Below, in pieces: positions 9,561 through 18,702 of a DNA stretch of 64,000 nt (positions within the stretch are counted from its first letter, which is position 1; every line of letters begins with the position of its first letter). The position numbers were made by a program, and so were the translations under genes. Under the pieces are notes generated by a model. It was not told where the DNA came from and did not search any database. It saw nothing but the letters and a program-made list of their open reading frames with translations. This stretch comes from Clostridia bacterium (GTDB taxonomy: Bacteria > Bacillota > Clostridia > TANB77 > CAG-465), in contig JAZSNU010000013.1 of assembly GCA_045536565.1 (NCBI GenBank), positions 1 through 64,000 of the forward strand, read 5' to 3'.

Positions 9561-10037
9561 CTATTTGTCTTTTTTGGCTGACATGTAATATATACATATT
9601 CCTATAATAATAGCTATTGCAACAACTGAGATTATTATAATCCATGTATTACTATCATCCATATCTGCCATATCATCATCTACACCATCTACCATATCTG
9701 TTGCAGCATCACCTATCGCCGTTGCAGTATTATCTATTGCATCAGCTGTATTGTCAACTACATCTCTTGTATCGTCCATTAATGTATCTCCATTTGCATT
9801 AGTAGTTGCTCCTGTTGCATCACCAGTTGTTCCTGTTACTCCTGTTGTATTTCTAGTTGTAGTAGTATCATCTACAATACTGCTCGTTCTAGTTGTGTCA
9901 GTTGTTGTACCGGTTGTTGCATCTGTTGTTGTACCAGTAGTTGTATCCGTTGTTGTTCCTGTTGTTGTAGCATAAACACATGTAGTTAAACAAAGAACAA
10001 TAGAAAGAATAATGGCAACAATAGTTAGTTTTTTCAT
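9561..10037 (-). CDS. Thr/Asp-rich secreted protein with C-terminal TM anchor
   Basis: Signal peptide, TTTGTTTD repeats, C-terminal hydrophobic helix plus basic tail, GGAGGTG RBS. Confidence 0.8.
   Translation of the reverse strand: MKKLTIVAIILSIVLCLTTCVYATTTGTTTDTTTGTTTDATTGTTTDTTRTSSIVDDTTTTRNTTGVTGTTGDATGATTNANGDTLMDDTRDVVDNTADAIDNTATAIGDAATDMVDGVDDDMADMDDSNTWIIIISVVAIAIIIGICIYYMSAKKDK
9895..9968 (-). repeat. About 3 copies of a 24-bp coding repeat (TTTGTTTD)
   Basis: Visible in both protein and DNA. Confidence 0.7.
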
Positions 10038-10091
10038 ATTATCACCTCCACTATTTAAATTTGCAAATAACTATAATTCTATATGCTTTCA

Positions 10092-10121
10092 TAGTATGTG
10101 TAATAATATGATAATTAATTC
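10092..10121 (-). promoter_or_regulatory. sigma-G-like promoter
   Basis: Minus strand GAATT-N18-CATACTA upstream of the Thr-rich gene. Confidence 0.35.
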
Positions 10122-10255
10122 TGTAAAATTTTATTATATTTATTTTTTAATATATATATTTATATTTTGAATTTTTTATCATTTATATAACAAAATATTT
10201 TTAAAAAATATAATGAAAAAATAAAGACAGCAAATAAGCTGTCTTTACACACTTT

Positions 10256-10921
10256 CTATTTTTTAAATATGTCAACATTTAAAACACCCAAACTATACGA
10301 CAAGTTTCTTAAATATCCTTCTAAATTAATACTTGCAATACATTTTAAATTACTACAATTTAATATTTCCTCTTTAATTTTATCTGTCGCCATAAGAGTT
10401 AACGCAGAAACTTCATTAGCGGAATATTTTTCTCCAAATATACCATTAGATGTTTGAGAAAATATATTATCAATATTTACAGATTTAACATTAATTTTTT
10501 CTAAATCATAAACAATATCTATATTTTCTGTAATTTCATTATATTTTACTTGTATATACTTAGTATCAATAGTTAAAATAGCAGTATAATGCACATCAAG
10601 TGTTATATTAGAATCTACAATCCACTCAATATACTTATTATTTTCGGGAGTCCTATCATGAAATATCGTCATACAACCTGTTTCTTTTAAGACAATTATT
10701 TCTATTTCATTTGATATACTTTTTGCCACTCTCTTAACTTTTACCTCTCTGTTTTCAAGCATCTTTTTGGTATAATCCATATCTTGTTCAATTACTTCCT
10801 CGTTTTGTTTAAGCTCTCTTTCAGAAACATTTTTGTCAAATAAATATGTCTTTGTAATGAAAGCTATTAGTATTAAAACAAATACTAAAAATAAATTCCG
10901 CCTTCTGACTAGTTTTTTCAT
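10256..10921 (-). CDS. Membrane-anchored hypothetical protein (DUF4230-like)
   Basis: N-terminal TM. The C-terminal pattern (ASINLEGYLRNLSYSLG) is reminiscent of DUF4230. Confidence 0.55.
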   Translation of the reverse strand: MKKLVRRRNLFLVFVLILIAFITKTYLFDKNVSERELKQNEEVIEQDMDYTKKMLENREVKVKRVAKSISNEIEIIVLKETGCMTIFHDRTPENNKYIEWIVDSNITLDVHYTAILTIDTKYIQVKYNEITENIDIVYDLEKINVKSVNIDNIFSQTSNGIFGEKYSANEVSALTLMATDKIKEEILNCSNLKCIASINLEGYLRNLSYSLGVLNVDIFKK

Positions 10922-11023
10922 AAAAATTTCCTCCTAATTAGTTTTTATTCATATCTAGTTAGATATGTACTAGCCTTCATTACAAGCATATTATATCACA
11001 TAATTCCTATTTTTACAATTATT

Positions 11024-12244
11024 TTATCTTTGGTATATTCTTAACACTTCTCCTACAAATATTAAATTAACATTTTTAATATCATTAAGCTCGGCTAAAT
11101 CTTCTACGGTCGTGTTATACTCTCTTGCAATTTGACTTAATGTATTTCCTCTTTGGACTCTATATATTGTGTGAAGTGTATCAAATCTGTCATAAGTTAC
11201 TGATGATATATTTAAAACTTCTCCTGGAAATATCAAATTAGGATTTGATATATTATTATTTTCTACTATTCTTTGTACAGTAGTTCCATATCTTATCGCA
11301 ATAGAACTTAAAGTATCTCCTCTTCTTACCGTATATTCTACGCTTCTTTCCGGATTATCTACATTAGTTATTCTTAAAACCTCTCCCGGAAATATTAAGT
11401 TTGGATTTGCTATGTTATTTTCCTCAACTATTCTTTCTACTGTTGTATCAAACATCACCGCAATTTTATATAATGTATCTCCTCTTTGCACTACATACTC
11501 AGTAGTTCTTTCTGTTACCGGTTTATTTTCTGACTCAGGTAAGCTTACTGTTTCATCTAAAAATATACCATCTGTAAATTCATCTCCATCTACCCTTGAA
11601 TTTATACCTGCTACACTTAATCTATCAGTATATTGAAATCCTACCCAAGTTTCCCATTTGCCATTATCTTCTGGCTCGGTCACAAAATATTCAGCTACCC
11701 ATATTGGATACCTTTCTGCCAGCTCCCCTAAAAATATATCTCTTGCATTACTTGCATCTGAATATATTACTACATTTTCTCCTGTTACTTCTTCTAATGT
11801 TTGTAAAAATGCTTCTGAAATTTCATTTATTGCATCAACACTTAAATTACCAAATGATTCAAAATCCATTGCAAGTCTTAAATCTATTTCTTTGCCGCTA
11901 ATAACTCTTGCAAAGAACCTTGCCTCTTCCTCAGCCTCTTCTATACTTCTTGCAGTTACAAAATGATAAAAACCAACTTTAAGTCCAACTTCTTTTGCCC
12001 CTCTGTAATTTGCTTCAAAATAATGGTCAATATAGTCTGAGCCTTCACTTGATTTTATATATACTGCTTCTATTCCTGAATTTCTTACCGCCTCAAAATC
12101 AATATTTCCTTGCCACTCACTTACATCGATTCCTCTATAAATATTATCTGATGATGGTCCAAATGCAAAAATATCATTTAAACCGAATATGCATAACAAA
12201 CAAATTATACTAATAAAAATATGTTTAACTATATTCTTTCTCAT
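11024..12244 (-). CDS. GH25 muramidase with three LysM domains
   Basis: [18 protein letters not shown], then three YxVxxGxTLxxIA...NLIFxGEVL repeats. Confidence 0.92.
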   Translation of the reverse strand: MRKNIVKHIFISIICLLCIFGLNDIFAFGPSSDNIYRGIDVSEWQGNIDFEAVRNSGIEAVYIKSSEGSDYIDHYFEANYRGAKEVGLKVGFYHFVTARSIEEAEEEARFFARVISGKEIDLRLAMDFESFGNLSVDAINEISEAFLQTLEEVTGENVVIYSDASNARDIFLGELAERYPIWVAEYFVTEPEDNGKWETWVGFQYTDRLSVAGINSRVDGDEFTDGIFLDETVSLPESENKPVTERTTEYVVQRGDTLYKIAVMFDTTVERIVEENNIANPNLIFPGEVLRITNVDNPERSVEYTVRRGDTLSSIAIRYGTTVQRIVENNNISNPNLIFPGEVLNISSVTYDRFDTLHTIYRVQRGNTLSQIAREYNTTVEDLAELNDIKNVNLIFVGEVLRIYQR

Positions 12245-12304
12245 AAAAATTACCCCCATACATACATTACTGTATTATATGAAGGTAATTATTTCCTTGT
12301 TACT

Positions 12305-13297
12305 TTATATTTTGTAATATTTTTGGTTCTTACTGGTTGGTTTATCTGGTATTGTTAATTTTACCAATCCCGCCTCAATTGCTGGATCAATATAATTTTT
12401 TCTAAATGTTTCCTTTGATTTTAAATCTAATCTATCCATAATTTCATATGCTGAAAGTCCTATATCTGTTTCCATCACTTCTAATACTTTATTTACATAT
12501 GTATTAGTATGCTTAATTTCTTTTTCAGCAGTACTCAGTAATTCTATTAAAGTTTCATCAATCATTTTAAGCATAAACTCTATAAATAGATTAGAATCCC
12601 CCATTACATGGCATTTAGATATTACAGAATAATATTCTTCTTGATATTTCTTTATTTGACTTTCAAGAGGAACATATTTAAATAACTCTTTCCACTTTGA
12701 TAAAATTACATTTTGCCATAATCTAGCCATTCTACCATTTCCATCTGAAAATGGATGTATAAACAAAAATTCATAATGGAATATCGATGATAATATTAAT
12801 GGATGTATTTCATCTTTTTTTTCATTTAACCATTTATACAAATTATCCATTAACTCTGGTACAATTTTTTCAGATGGAGCCATAAATATACACACCTCTC
12901 CATCAAATACACCTTCTGCATTATTTCTAAAATCACCTGAATCTTCTGCTGTCAGATATGTCATTATTCCATGTATTCTTTTTAATTCCTGAGCAGAATA
13001 CGGATTTATATTATCTATCTCTTCATATGCGTTATATGCATTTTTTACTTCCTGTATTTCCTTTTGCTCACCTACAACATATCTGCCTGCAATTACATCT
13101 TTAACTTGGTTTATAGATAATGAATTAGCCTCAATAGATAATGACGATTGTATCGAACGAATTCTACTATTTTTTCTTAGTATAGGCATCTTATTAAAAT
13201 TGTTATAATTATCTAGTTTACCTACCTTTTCCATTATATTTGAAACTAAATTTAACATATTATCTGATATACTAAATGGTGGGTTATTCTCATTCAT
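12305..13297 (-). CDS. Fic-family protein
   Basis: HPFSDGNGRMAR catalytic motif, N-terminal inhibitory-type SLSIEAN, C-terminal wHTH-like tail. Confidence 0.9.
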   Translation of the reverse strand: MNENNPPFSISDNMLNLVSNIMEKVGKLDNYNNFNKMPILRKNSRIRSIQSSLSIEANSLSINQVKDVIAGRYVVGEQKEIQEVKNAYNAYEEIDNINPYSAQELKRIHGIMTYLTAEDSGDFRNNAEGVFDGEVCIFMAPSEKIVPELMDNLYKWLNEKKDEIHPLILSSIFHYEFLFIHPFSDGNGRMARLWQNVILSKWKELFKYVPLESQIKKYQEEYYSVISKCHVMGDSNLFIEFMLKMIDETLIELLSTAEKEIKHTNTYVNKVLEVMETDIGLSAYEIMDRLDLKSKETFRKNYIDPAIEAGLVKLTIPDKPTSKNQKYYKI

Positions 13298-13356
13298 AAA
13301 AACCTCCAAATCCTTTATTTATCTACATATATATTATACCACTTATATATGAGAAA

Positions 13357-13398
13357 AGCAACATCTTGCTTATTATGTTGCTTATTTTCTTGCTTATT
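13357..13398. repeat. Terminator hairpin overlapping three TTGCTTATT direct repeats (12-bp period)
   Basis: Repeats at 13366, 13378 and 13390; AGCAACAT/ATGTTGCT stem. Confidence 0.55.
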
Positions 13399-14206
13399 TA
13401 TATACATACCCATAAAAGCTTGTTATAGCTAAAAGTACAATATATATTGCTACTATACTTGCTCCTGTTGGCAGATTTAAAACAAACGATATAACAAGTC
13501 CACATACAAAGCATATAACTGATATAACTGCTGCAAGACACATCATCTGTTTAAAACTATTTGTCAATTTTCTTGCTATTATAGCAGGAAAAATTATTAA
13601 ACTAGATATAAGCAAAGTACCCATTATTCTCATTCCTATTACTACAACAAGTGCTGTAATAAATGAAATCAAGAACTGATAGAAAGTTACATTTATACCT
13701 CTTGTTTTTGCAAATTTTTCATCAAATGTTATTAAAAATATTCTGTTATAGAAAACTACAAAAAGTATAATTAACGCTATTGATAACACTATACTTAGTA
13801 CTACATCCTGAATATCCATAGCTAAAATACTACCAAACATATATCCATAAACATCTATATTAAATCCTTTGGTAATAGATGTAATAATAACACCAAAGGT
13901 TAATGCAGAGGTAGACACAAGCGCAATAGTTACATCTCCCGATTCACCTTTTTTTTGACTAATTATCATAATCACAAATGATGCTATAATTACAAGAGGA
14001 ATAGATATACTAAGCGGAGGAAGGTTTAGTGCAAGTGCTAACGATAATGCAGCAAAACCAACTTCACCTAAACCATGTCCTATCATCGAATATTTTTTTA
14101 GTACTAATATAACACCAATTAATGCAGCTGAAATAGACACTGCTATTCCGCATATTAATGCTTTAATTACAAACGGATATGAAAACATCTCTAAAATTTC
14201 TTGCAT
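13394..14206 (-). CDS. znuB: Zn/Mn ABC transporter permease
   Basis: ABC-3 permease pattern (SMIGHGLGEV, YMFGSIL, MGTLLISSLIIFPA). Confidence 0.88.
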   Translation of the reverse strand: MQEILEMFSYPFVIKALICGIAVSISAALIGVILVLKKYSMIGHGLGEVGFAALSLALALNLPPLSISIPLVIIASFVIMIISQKKGESGDVTIALVSTSALTFGVIITSITKGFNIDVYGYMFGSILAMDIQDVVLSIVLSIALIILFVVFYNRIFLITFDEKFAKTRGINVTFYQFLISFITALVVVIGMRIMGTLLISSLIIFPAIIARKLTNSFKQMMCLAAVISVICFVCGLVISFVLNLPTGASIVAIYIVLLAITSFYGYVYK

Positions 14207-14886
14207 TATAATCCCTTCCAATCATTTATTTTTCCATCAAATTTTATTTCTTTTGAAATATGTATAACTCTAATATCTACATTTTTATCCTTATTAATTT
14301 TATTTAATTCCTCGACATTATGTATAGACATTATAACTGTTGTTCCATATTCTTTATTTATATCTAGCAAAATATCATATAATTTATCAGATATTTTTTT
14401 ATCAAGACCAGAACAAGGCTCATCTAGTATAAGAAGTTTAGGTTTTGTTATCATCGCACGAGCTAGCATAATTCTTTGTCTTTGCCCTCCTGATAAATCT
14501 CCAATTCTTTTATTTACTATATTTTTTATATGCAACATATTACATACTTCATCAAATAGTTCATAATCTTCTTTTGAATAAAATAACTTTCCTTTATTTT
14601 TTTGTAATCCTGTCATTATTATTTCTTTTGCTGACCCTGGAAAATCTAATTCCTTCATATTTAGTTGTTCTAAATATGCCATTTGACTTAAATCTACTTT
14701 AACCTTAACTGTTCCTTTGTCTTGTTTATGAAGTCCTACAATTGATTTAATTATCGTACTCTTTCCGGAACCATTTTCCCCAACTAAACATACAAATTCT
14801 TTTTCTTTTATATTTAAACTAACTTTCTCAACTGCCACATGAAGATTATATGAGGCTGTCAAATTTGATATTTCTACTATATTCAT
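14206..14886 (-). CDS. znuC: Zn/Mn ABC transporter ATP-binding protein
   Basis: GENGSGKST, LSGGQRQR, LILDEP. Confidence 0.88.
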   Translation of the reverse strand: MNIVEISNLTASYNLHVAVEKVSLNIKEKEFVCLVGENGSGKSTIIKSIVGLHKQDKGTVKVKVDLSQMAYLEQLNMKELDFPGSAKEIIMTGLQKNKGKLFYSKEDYELFDEVCNMLHIKNIVNKRIGDLSGGQRQRIMLARAMITKPKLLILDEPCSGLDKKISDKLYDILLDINKEYGTTVIMSIHNVEELNKINKDKNVDIRVIHISKEIKFDGKINDWKGL

Positions 14887-14899
14887 TTTGTTTCCTTCC

Positions 14900-15838
14900 T
14901 TAATTTAATGCTATTTTTAGACTTTCCAAATTTTGCTCCATTACTGATATATATGTTGCTCCTTTTTGTATATCATCATCAGATACTGTATGTACACTAC
15001 TAAATACTAATGCTTTTATTCCTGTATCTTTGGCTATTGATTTTGCTACTGTTCCTTCTGATAAAGATTCATAAAATATAACTGGTATATTTTCTTTTTC
15101 TATGCTTTTTTCAATCTCCAAAATTTTTGAAACGCTTGGCTCAGAATTTGCTGAGCAACTATCATATGCAGATATATAGTCTAAGTTATACCTTTTTAAA
15201 AAGTACATATATGCAAATTTATCCCCAAAGCACACAATGTTTCTTTTACTGTTTTCTATTACATCTAAAAATCTATCATCTAATTTATCTAAATTCCTTT
15301 TATATACTTCTGCATTTTGGTTATAGTAATTAGCATTTTGAGGATCTATTTTAACTAATTCATTTAATATATTATCTACCATTTGTTTAGCGTTTGAAAT
15401 ATCTAACCATATATGTGGATCATATTCATGCTCATGATGTTCATGTTTTTCATTATTATGCTCCTCTTTAATATACTCAGCATTTTTAGACGCATCTAAA
15501 ATATTAACTCTACTTGATATACTACCAGATATACTTGCTGCCCATGGCTCCATATTATCACCTGTATATACAAACAAATCAGATTCATTTATCTTAATTA
15601 TATCCTTAGGTGATGGGTCATATGTATGCGTTTCTGTTCCTGGTGGAAGTAAAAGTGTCACTTCAACTTTGTCTTTTCCTATTTGCTTTACAAAATCATA
15701 TTGTGGAAAAAGAGTTGCTATTACCTTTACTTTTTCGTTATCTGTTTGTATAGTTTTAGTGTTACTATTTATAGCAAAAAATAATATAACAAATATTGCA
15801 ACAAAAAATGTTACAAATACACTAACTATTTTCTTCAT
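14900..15838 (-). CDS. znuA: Zn ABC transporter substrate-binding protein (ZnuA/AdcA)
   Basis: ETHTYDPS, His-rich loop, DPHIWLD. Confidence 0.88.
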   Translation of the reverse strand: MKKIVSVFVTFFVAIFVILFFAINSNTKTIQTDNEKVKVIATLFPQYDFVKQIGKDKVEVTLLLPPGTETHTYDPSPKDIIKINESDLFVYTGDNMEPWAASISGSISSRVNILDASKNAEYIKEEHNNEKHEHHEHEYDPHIWLDISNAKQMVDNILNELVKIDPQNANYYNQNAEVYKRNLDKLDDRFLDVIENSKRNIVCFGDKFAYMYFLKRYNLDYISAYDSCSANSEPSVSKILEIEKSIEKENIPVIFYESLSEGTVAKSIAKDTGIKALVFSSVHTVSDDDIQKGATYISVMEQNLESLKIALN

Positions 15839-16253
15839 TTTCTTCCTCTTTTCTTATACATTTTTTACATTTTCCATAAAATACTACTTTTTGAAGATTT
15901 AGATTAAACTGTTCGCTTTTTAATATATCTTCTTTAATCTTTTCCATTTCTTTACTTTCACAATGTGTTACTTCACCACATTTATCGCATATCAAATGAT
16001 AATGATGGTTACATTTGTCCACAGTTTCAACATATTGATAACAAGAACATTTATTATCTGGTGCTATATATTTTCTAATTAACCCATCTTTTGCTAAATC
16101 AGAAAGTATTCTATATACAGTAGCCTGACTTATATCTTGATTTTCATTTTTCAAATCTAATACTAATTTTTCTGCTGTTAAATGTTTATCTGTATTATTT
16201 TTCAAATAATTTATTACGATATCTTTTTGTTTGGTATGTCTTTTTTTTATCAT
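15822..16253 (-). CDS. zur: Fur-family repressor, probably Zur
   Basis: ISQATVYRIL, HHYHLICDKCG, GKCKKC. First gene of the znu operon; start set at the ATG after AGGAG. Confidence 0.8.
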   Translation of the reverse strand: MIKKRHTKQKDIVINYLKNNTDKHLTAEKLVLDLKNENQDISQATVYRILSDLAKDGLIRKYIAPDNKCSCYQYVETVDKCNHHYHLICDKCGEVTHCESKEMEKIKEDILKSEQFNLNLQKVVFYGKCKKCIRKEEENEENS

Positions 16254-16264
16254 ATATATTCTCC

Positions 16265-16287
16265 TTATTGATAACAATTCTCAATAA
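16265..16287. promoter_or_regulatory. Fur/Zur-type operator
   Basis: TTATTGA-TAACAATTC-TCAATAA inverted repeat. Core TGATAAC-A-ATTCTCA resembles the 7-1-7 Fur box and lies between -10 and RBS. Confidence 0.75.
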
Positions 16288-16294
16288 CAACATT

Positions 16295-16323
16295 AGTATA
16301 CTATATTTGGAATAAAATGTCAA
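16295..16323 (-). promoter_or_regulatory. sigma-A promoter of zur-znuACB
   Basis: TTGACA-N17-TATACT. Confidence 0.75.
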
Positions 16324-16373
16324 GAAAAAAGCCCCTTGGCATTGCTACCAAAAGACTTTTTAAATTTACTAAT

Positions 16374-17039
16374 TTATTTTATATCAACACCTGCAAATAC
16401 GCATACATAATTTATATATACAGTAGGTATATTTTCTTCTTTTGCACTTTCTTTTTTATTCTCTACGCCACCAAATACTGGAACACCTGATGTTATAACT
16501 TTAACATTATCAGGAAGTATAATATCAATACCACCAAATACAGCCTCACAATTTATTACAATATCATTTTTAATGATAGCTTGTCTTAAATCAAGTTCTA
16601 CGCCTCCAAATACTGCTATTACATTAGTCCCTAAAAATTCCTCGTTTGATATTTTTTCTTCTGCCCCAGCAAATATAGCTGTATATTTTTTCATAGTTTC
16701 TTTATTCTTACTTTTTTGTACTTTAAAATTTTTCCTAAATATCATTGATAACCCAAGAGTTACTAGCAGTACTGGTAAAAATATTTTACCTACTGTTTTC
16801 CATGCTATAATGTCTCTTGCTGCAAATAGAAGAAGTAATCCTATTAATAACCCAAAAAACGATGACAATCTATTTTCTTTTTCCCAAATACCTAATGCAG
16901 ATGGTACTATTATAAATAGTGTCCACCAACCTTTAAAGAATAATTTTATATTCCAAAAATCAAATTCATTTCCTAAAAATATAATTCCAAGTATTATTAA
17001 TATACTTCCTAATATTATATCCGACATTTTCTTTTTCAT
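16374..17039 (-). CDS. LiaF-like membrane protein
   Basis: Four N-terminal TMs (WWTLFIIVP), C-terminal AVFGGVELDLR repeats. Confidence 0.8.
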   Translation of the reverse strand: MKKKMSDIILGSILIILGIIFLGNEFDFWNIKLFFKGWWTLFIIVPSALGIWEKENRLSSFFGLLIGLLLLFAARDIIAWKTVGKIFLPVLLVTLGLSMIFRKNFKVQKSKNKETMKKYTAIFAGAEEKISNEEFLGTNVIAVFGGVELDLRQAIIKNDIVINCEAVFGGIDIILPDNVKVITSGVPVFGGVENKKESAKEENIPTVYINYVCVFAGVDIK

Positions 17040-17054
17040 ATCAATTCTCCTTTT

Positions 17055-17975
17055 CTAATGATGATGGTGATGATGTAAATGATTGTTTGTTCCACCTACT
17101 TCAATGCTACACTCACCATGCTGACATCTTTCACTTTCAAATTCAATTTCTATTGTTAAATGATTAATGTTATATTGAGTAGCTTTATTATTTATTTCTT
17201 CCTTTAATTCTATAATATCTTTTACAGCAATGTCATCTTCAACCACTACATGCATCATCATATATGTATTTATTCCATCTGCTGACCATATATGTATATG
17301 ATGAATATCATTAATCTCATTGTTACTTTCTATTAACTCTTTTTTAAATTTTTCAAATTCTGAGTTTTCTGGAGCCTTTTCTAAAAATATTCCAAATACA
17401 ATTTTTAAGTTTTGTATTACATGCTTTAATATATATATGGTTATTCCTATTGAAAGTATAGGGTCTAAAATAGGAATATCAAATATTTTCATAATTATAC
17501 TTGTAATCAAAACTGCTATCCACCCCAATACATCTTCTAACAGATGAAGACTAACGGCTTTTTCATTTATTTTATTTCCTTTTGATGTAACAAATGCGCC
17601 TAGCCCATTTACAAAAAGACCTAACACTCCAAGCAGTAACATACCATCGTAATTTATTTCTACCGGATTTACTAACCTAAGCATTGCATTATATATCATA
17701 AATACGGCTCCGACAAGAAGTACCATTGATGTTATAAATGCACCAAGCACAGAATATCTTGCATATCCAAATGTATATTTATCATCTGGCTTTTTCTCTG
17801 ATTTTTTCTCTAATACCCATGCTACCGCTATTGATATAGCATCGCCAAAATCATGCACAGAATCAGAGATTATAGAAATACTATTTGTAAATATTCCTCC
17901 TACAAATTCAATTATTGAAAATGATAAATTTAGCAAAAATGCTAGAAATATATTTTTACTGCTTTTTCTTTCCAT
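17055..17975 (-). CDS. czcD: Cation diffusion facilitator, CzcD/ZitB-type Zn exporter
   Basis: SDSVHDFGD, YTFGY, LHLLEDVLGW, HHIHIW, poly-His C-terminus. Confidence 0.85.
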   Translation of the reverse strand: MERKSSKNIFLAFLLNLSFSIIEFVGGIFTNSISIISDSVHDFGDAISIAVAWVLEKKSEKKPDDKYTFGYARYSVLGAFITSMVLLVGAVFMIYNAMLRLVNPVEINYDGMLLLGVLGLFVNGLGAFVTSKGNKINEKAVSLHLLEDVLGWIAVLITSIIMKIFDIPILDPILSIGITIYILKHVIQNLKIVFGIFLEKAPENSEFEKFKKELIESNNEINDIHHIHIWSADGINTYMMMHVVVEDDIAVKDIIELKEEINNKATQYNINHLTIEIEFESERCQHGECSIEVGGTNNHLHHHHHH

Positions 17976-18042
17976 TTATTCCTCCATATTTATATATTAT
18001 AGCCTCTTAATATATTATTATCGCAGAGTTATTATATATTAG

Positions 18043-18049
18043 TTCGACA
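18043..18049 (-). promoter_or_regulatory. Spo0A box upstream of czcD
   Basis: TTCGACA, exact consensus. Confidence 0.35.
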
Positions 18050-18072
18050 TTTTTTTCAAGAAAGATTGGCAG

Positions 18073-18110
18073 AAAAAATACTGAATGCTTTCAAAAGACA
18101 TTCAGTATTT
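18073..18110 (-). terminator. Terminator of the tRNA cluster
   Basis: AAATACTGAATG...CATTCAGTATTT hairpin with T-run on the minus strand. Confidence 0.75.
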
Positions 18111-18116
18111 AAAATT

Positions 18117-18190
18117 TGGAGGCGCCACCCGGATTTGAACCGGGGATCAGAGTTTTGCAGACTCGTGCCTTACCACTTGGCTATAGCGCC
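18117..18190 (-). tRNA. tRNA-Cys(GCA)
   Basis: GGCGCTATAGCCAAGTGGTAAGGC...CTGCAAA...GGTTCAAATCC...GGCGCCTCCA. Confidence 0.97.
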
Positions 18191-18200
18191 TTGTATAAAA

Positions 18201-18276
18201 TGGAGCGGGAAACGGGGCTCAAACCCGCGACCTTCGCGTTGGCAACGCGACGCTCTATCAACTGAGCTATTCCCGC
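18201..18276 (-). tRNA. tRNA-Gly(GCC) with A19/U56 elbow variant
   Basis: GCGGGAATAGCTCAGTTGATAGAGCGTCGCGTTGCCAACGCGAAGGTCGCGGGTTTGAGCCCCGTTTCCCGCTCCA. Confidence 0.95.
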
Positions 18277-18339
18277 ATCTTTTAATACATTATATGTTGT
18301 AAATAAAAAAATAGTACTTGAAATGGTACATTTTCTTTT

Positions 18340-18415
<76 letters not shown>

Positions 18416-18428
18416 ATATATAAAAAAA

Positions 18429-18505
18429 TGGCGACCTGGATGGGACTCGAACCCACGACCTCTAGCGTGACAGGCTAGCGTTCTAACCAACTGAACTACC
18501 AGGCC
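18429..18505 (-). tRNA. tRNA-Asp(GTC)
   Basis: Cloverleaf, loop CTGTCAC, CCA end. Confidence 0.97.
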
Positions 18506-18516
18506 AAGTAAAAAAA

Positions 18517-18592
18517 TGGTGGGCACAATAGGGCTCGAACCTATGACCCCCTGCTTGTAAGGCAGATGCTCTCCCAACTGAGCTATGCGCCC
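18517..18592 (-). tRNA. tRNA-Val(TAC)
   Basis: Cloverleaf, loop CTTACAA, CCA end. Confidence 0.97.
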
Positions 18593-18616
18593 ATCTTTTT
18601 CCTGTTGACGAAATAT

Positions 18617-18645
18617 ATTATAATAGAAAAAACATGCTTTGTCAA
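18617..18645 (-). promoter_or_regulatory. Consensus sigma-A promoter of the tRNA cluster
   Basis: TTGACA-N17-TATAAT. Confidence 0.85.
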
Positions 18646-18702
18646 CATGTTTTTTCTATTTTTTTAAAATTTACAATAAATTTATTAATTACTTTCTATT
18701 TT

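Noticed and set aside
11024-12244. GH25-LysM gene as a prophage endolysin
   Set aside because: It has a signal peptide and there is no holin or other phage gene nearby.
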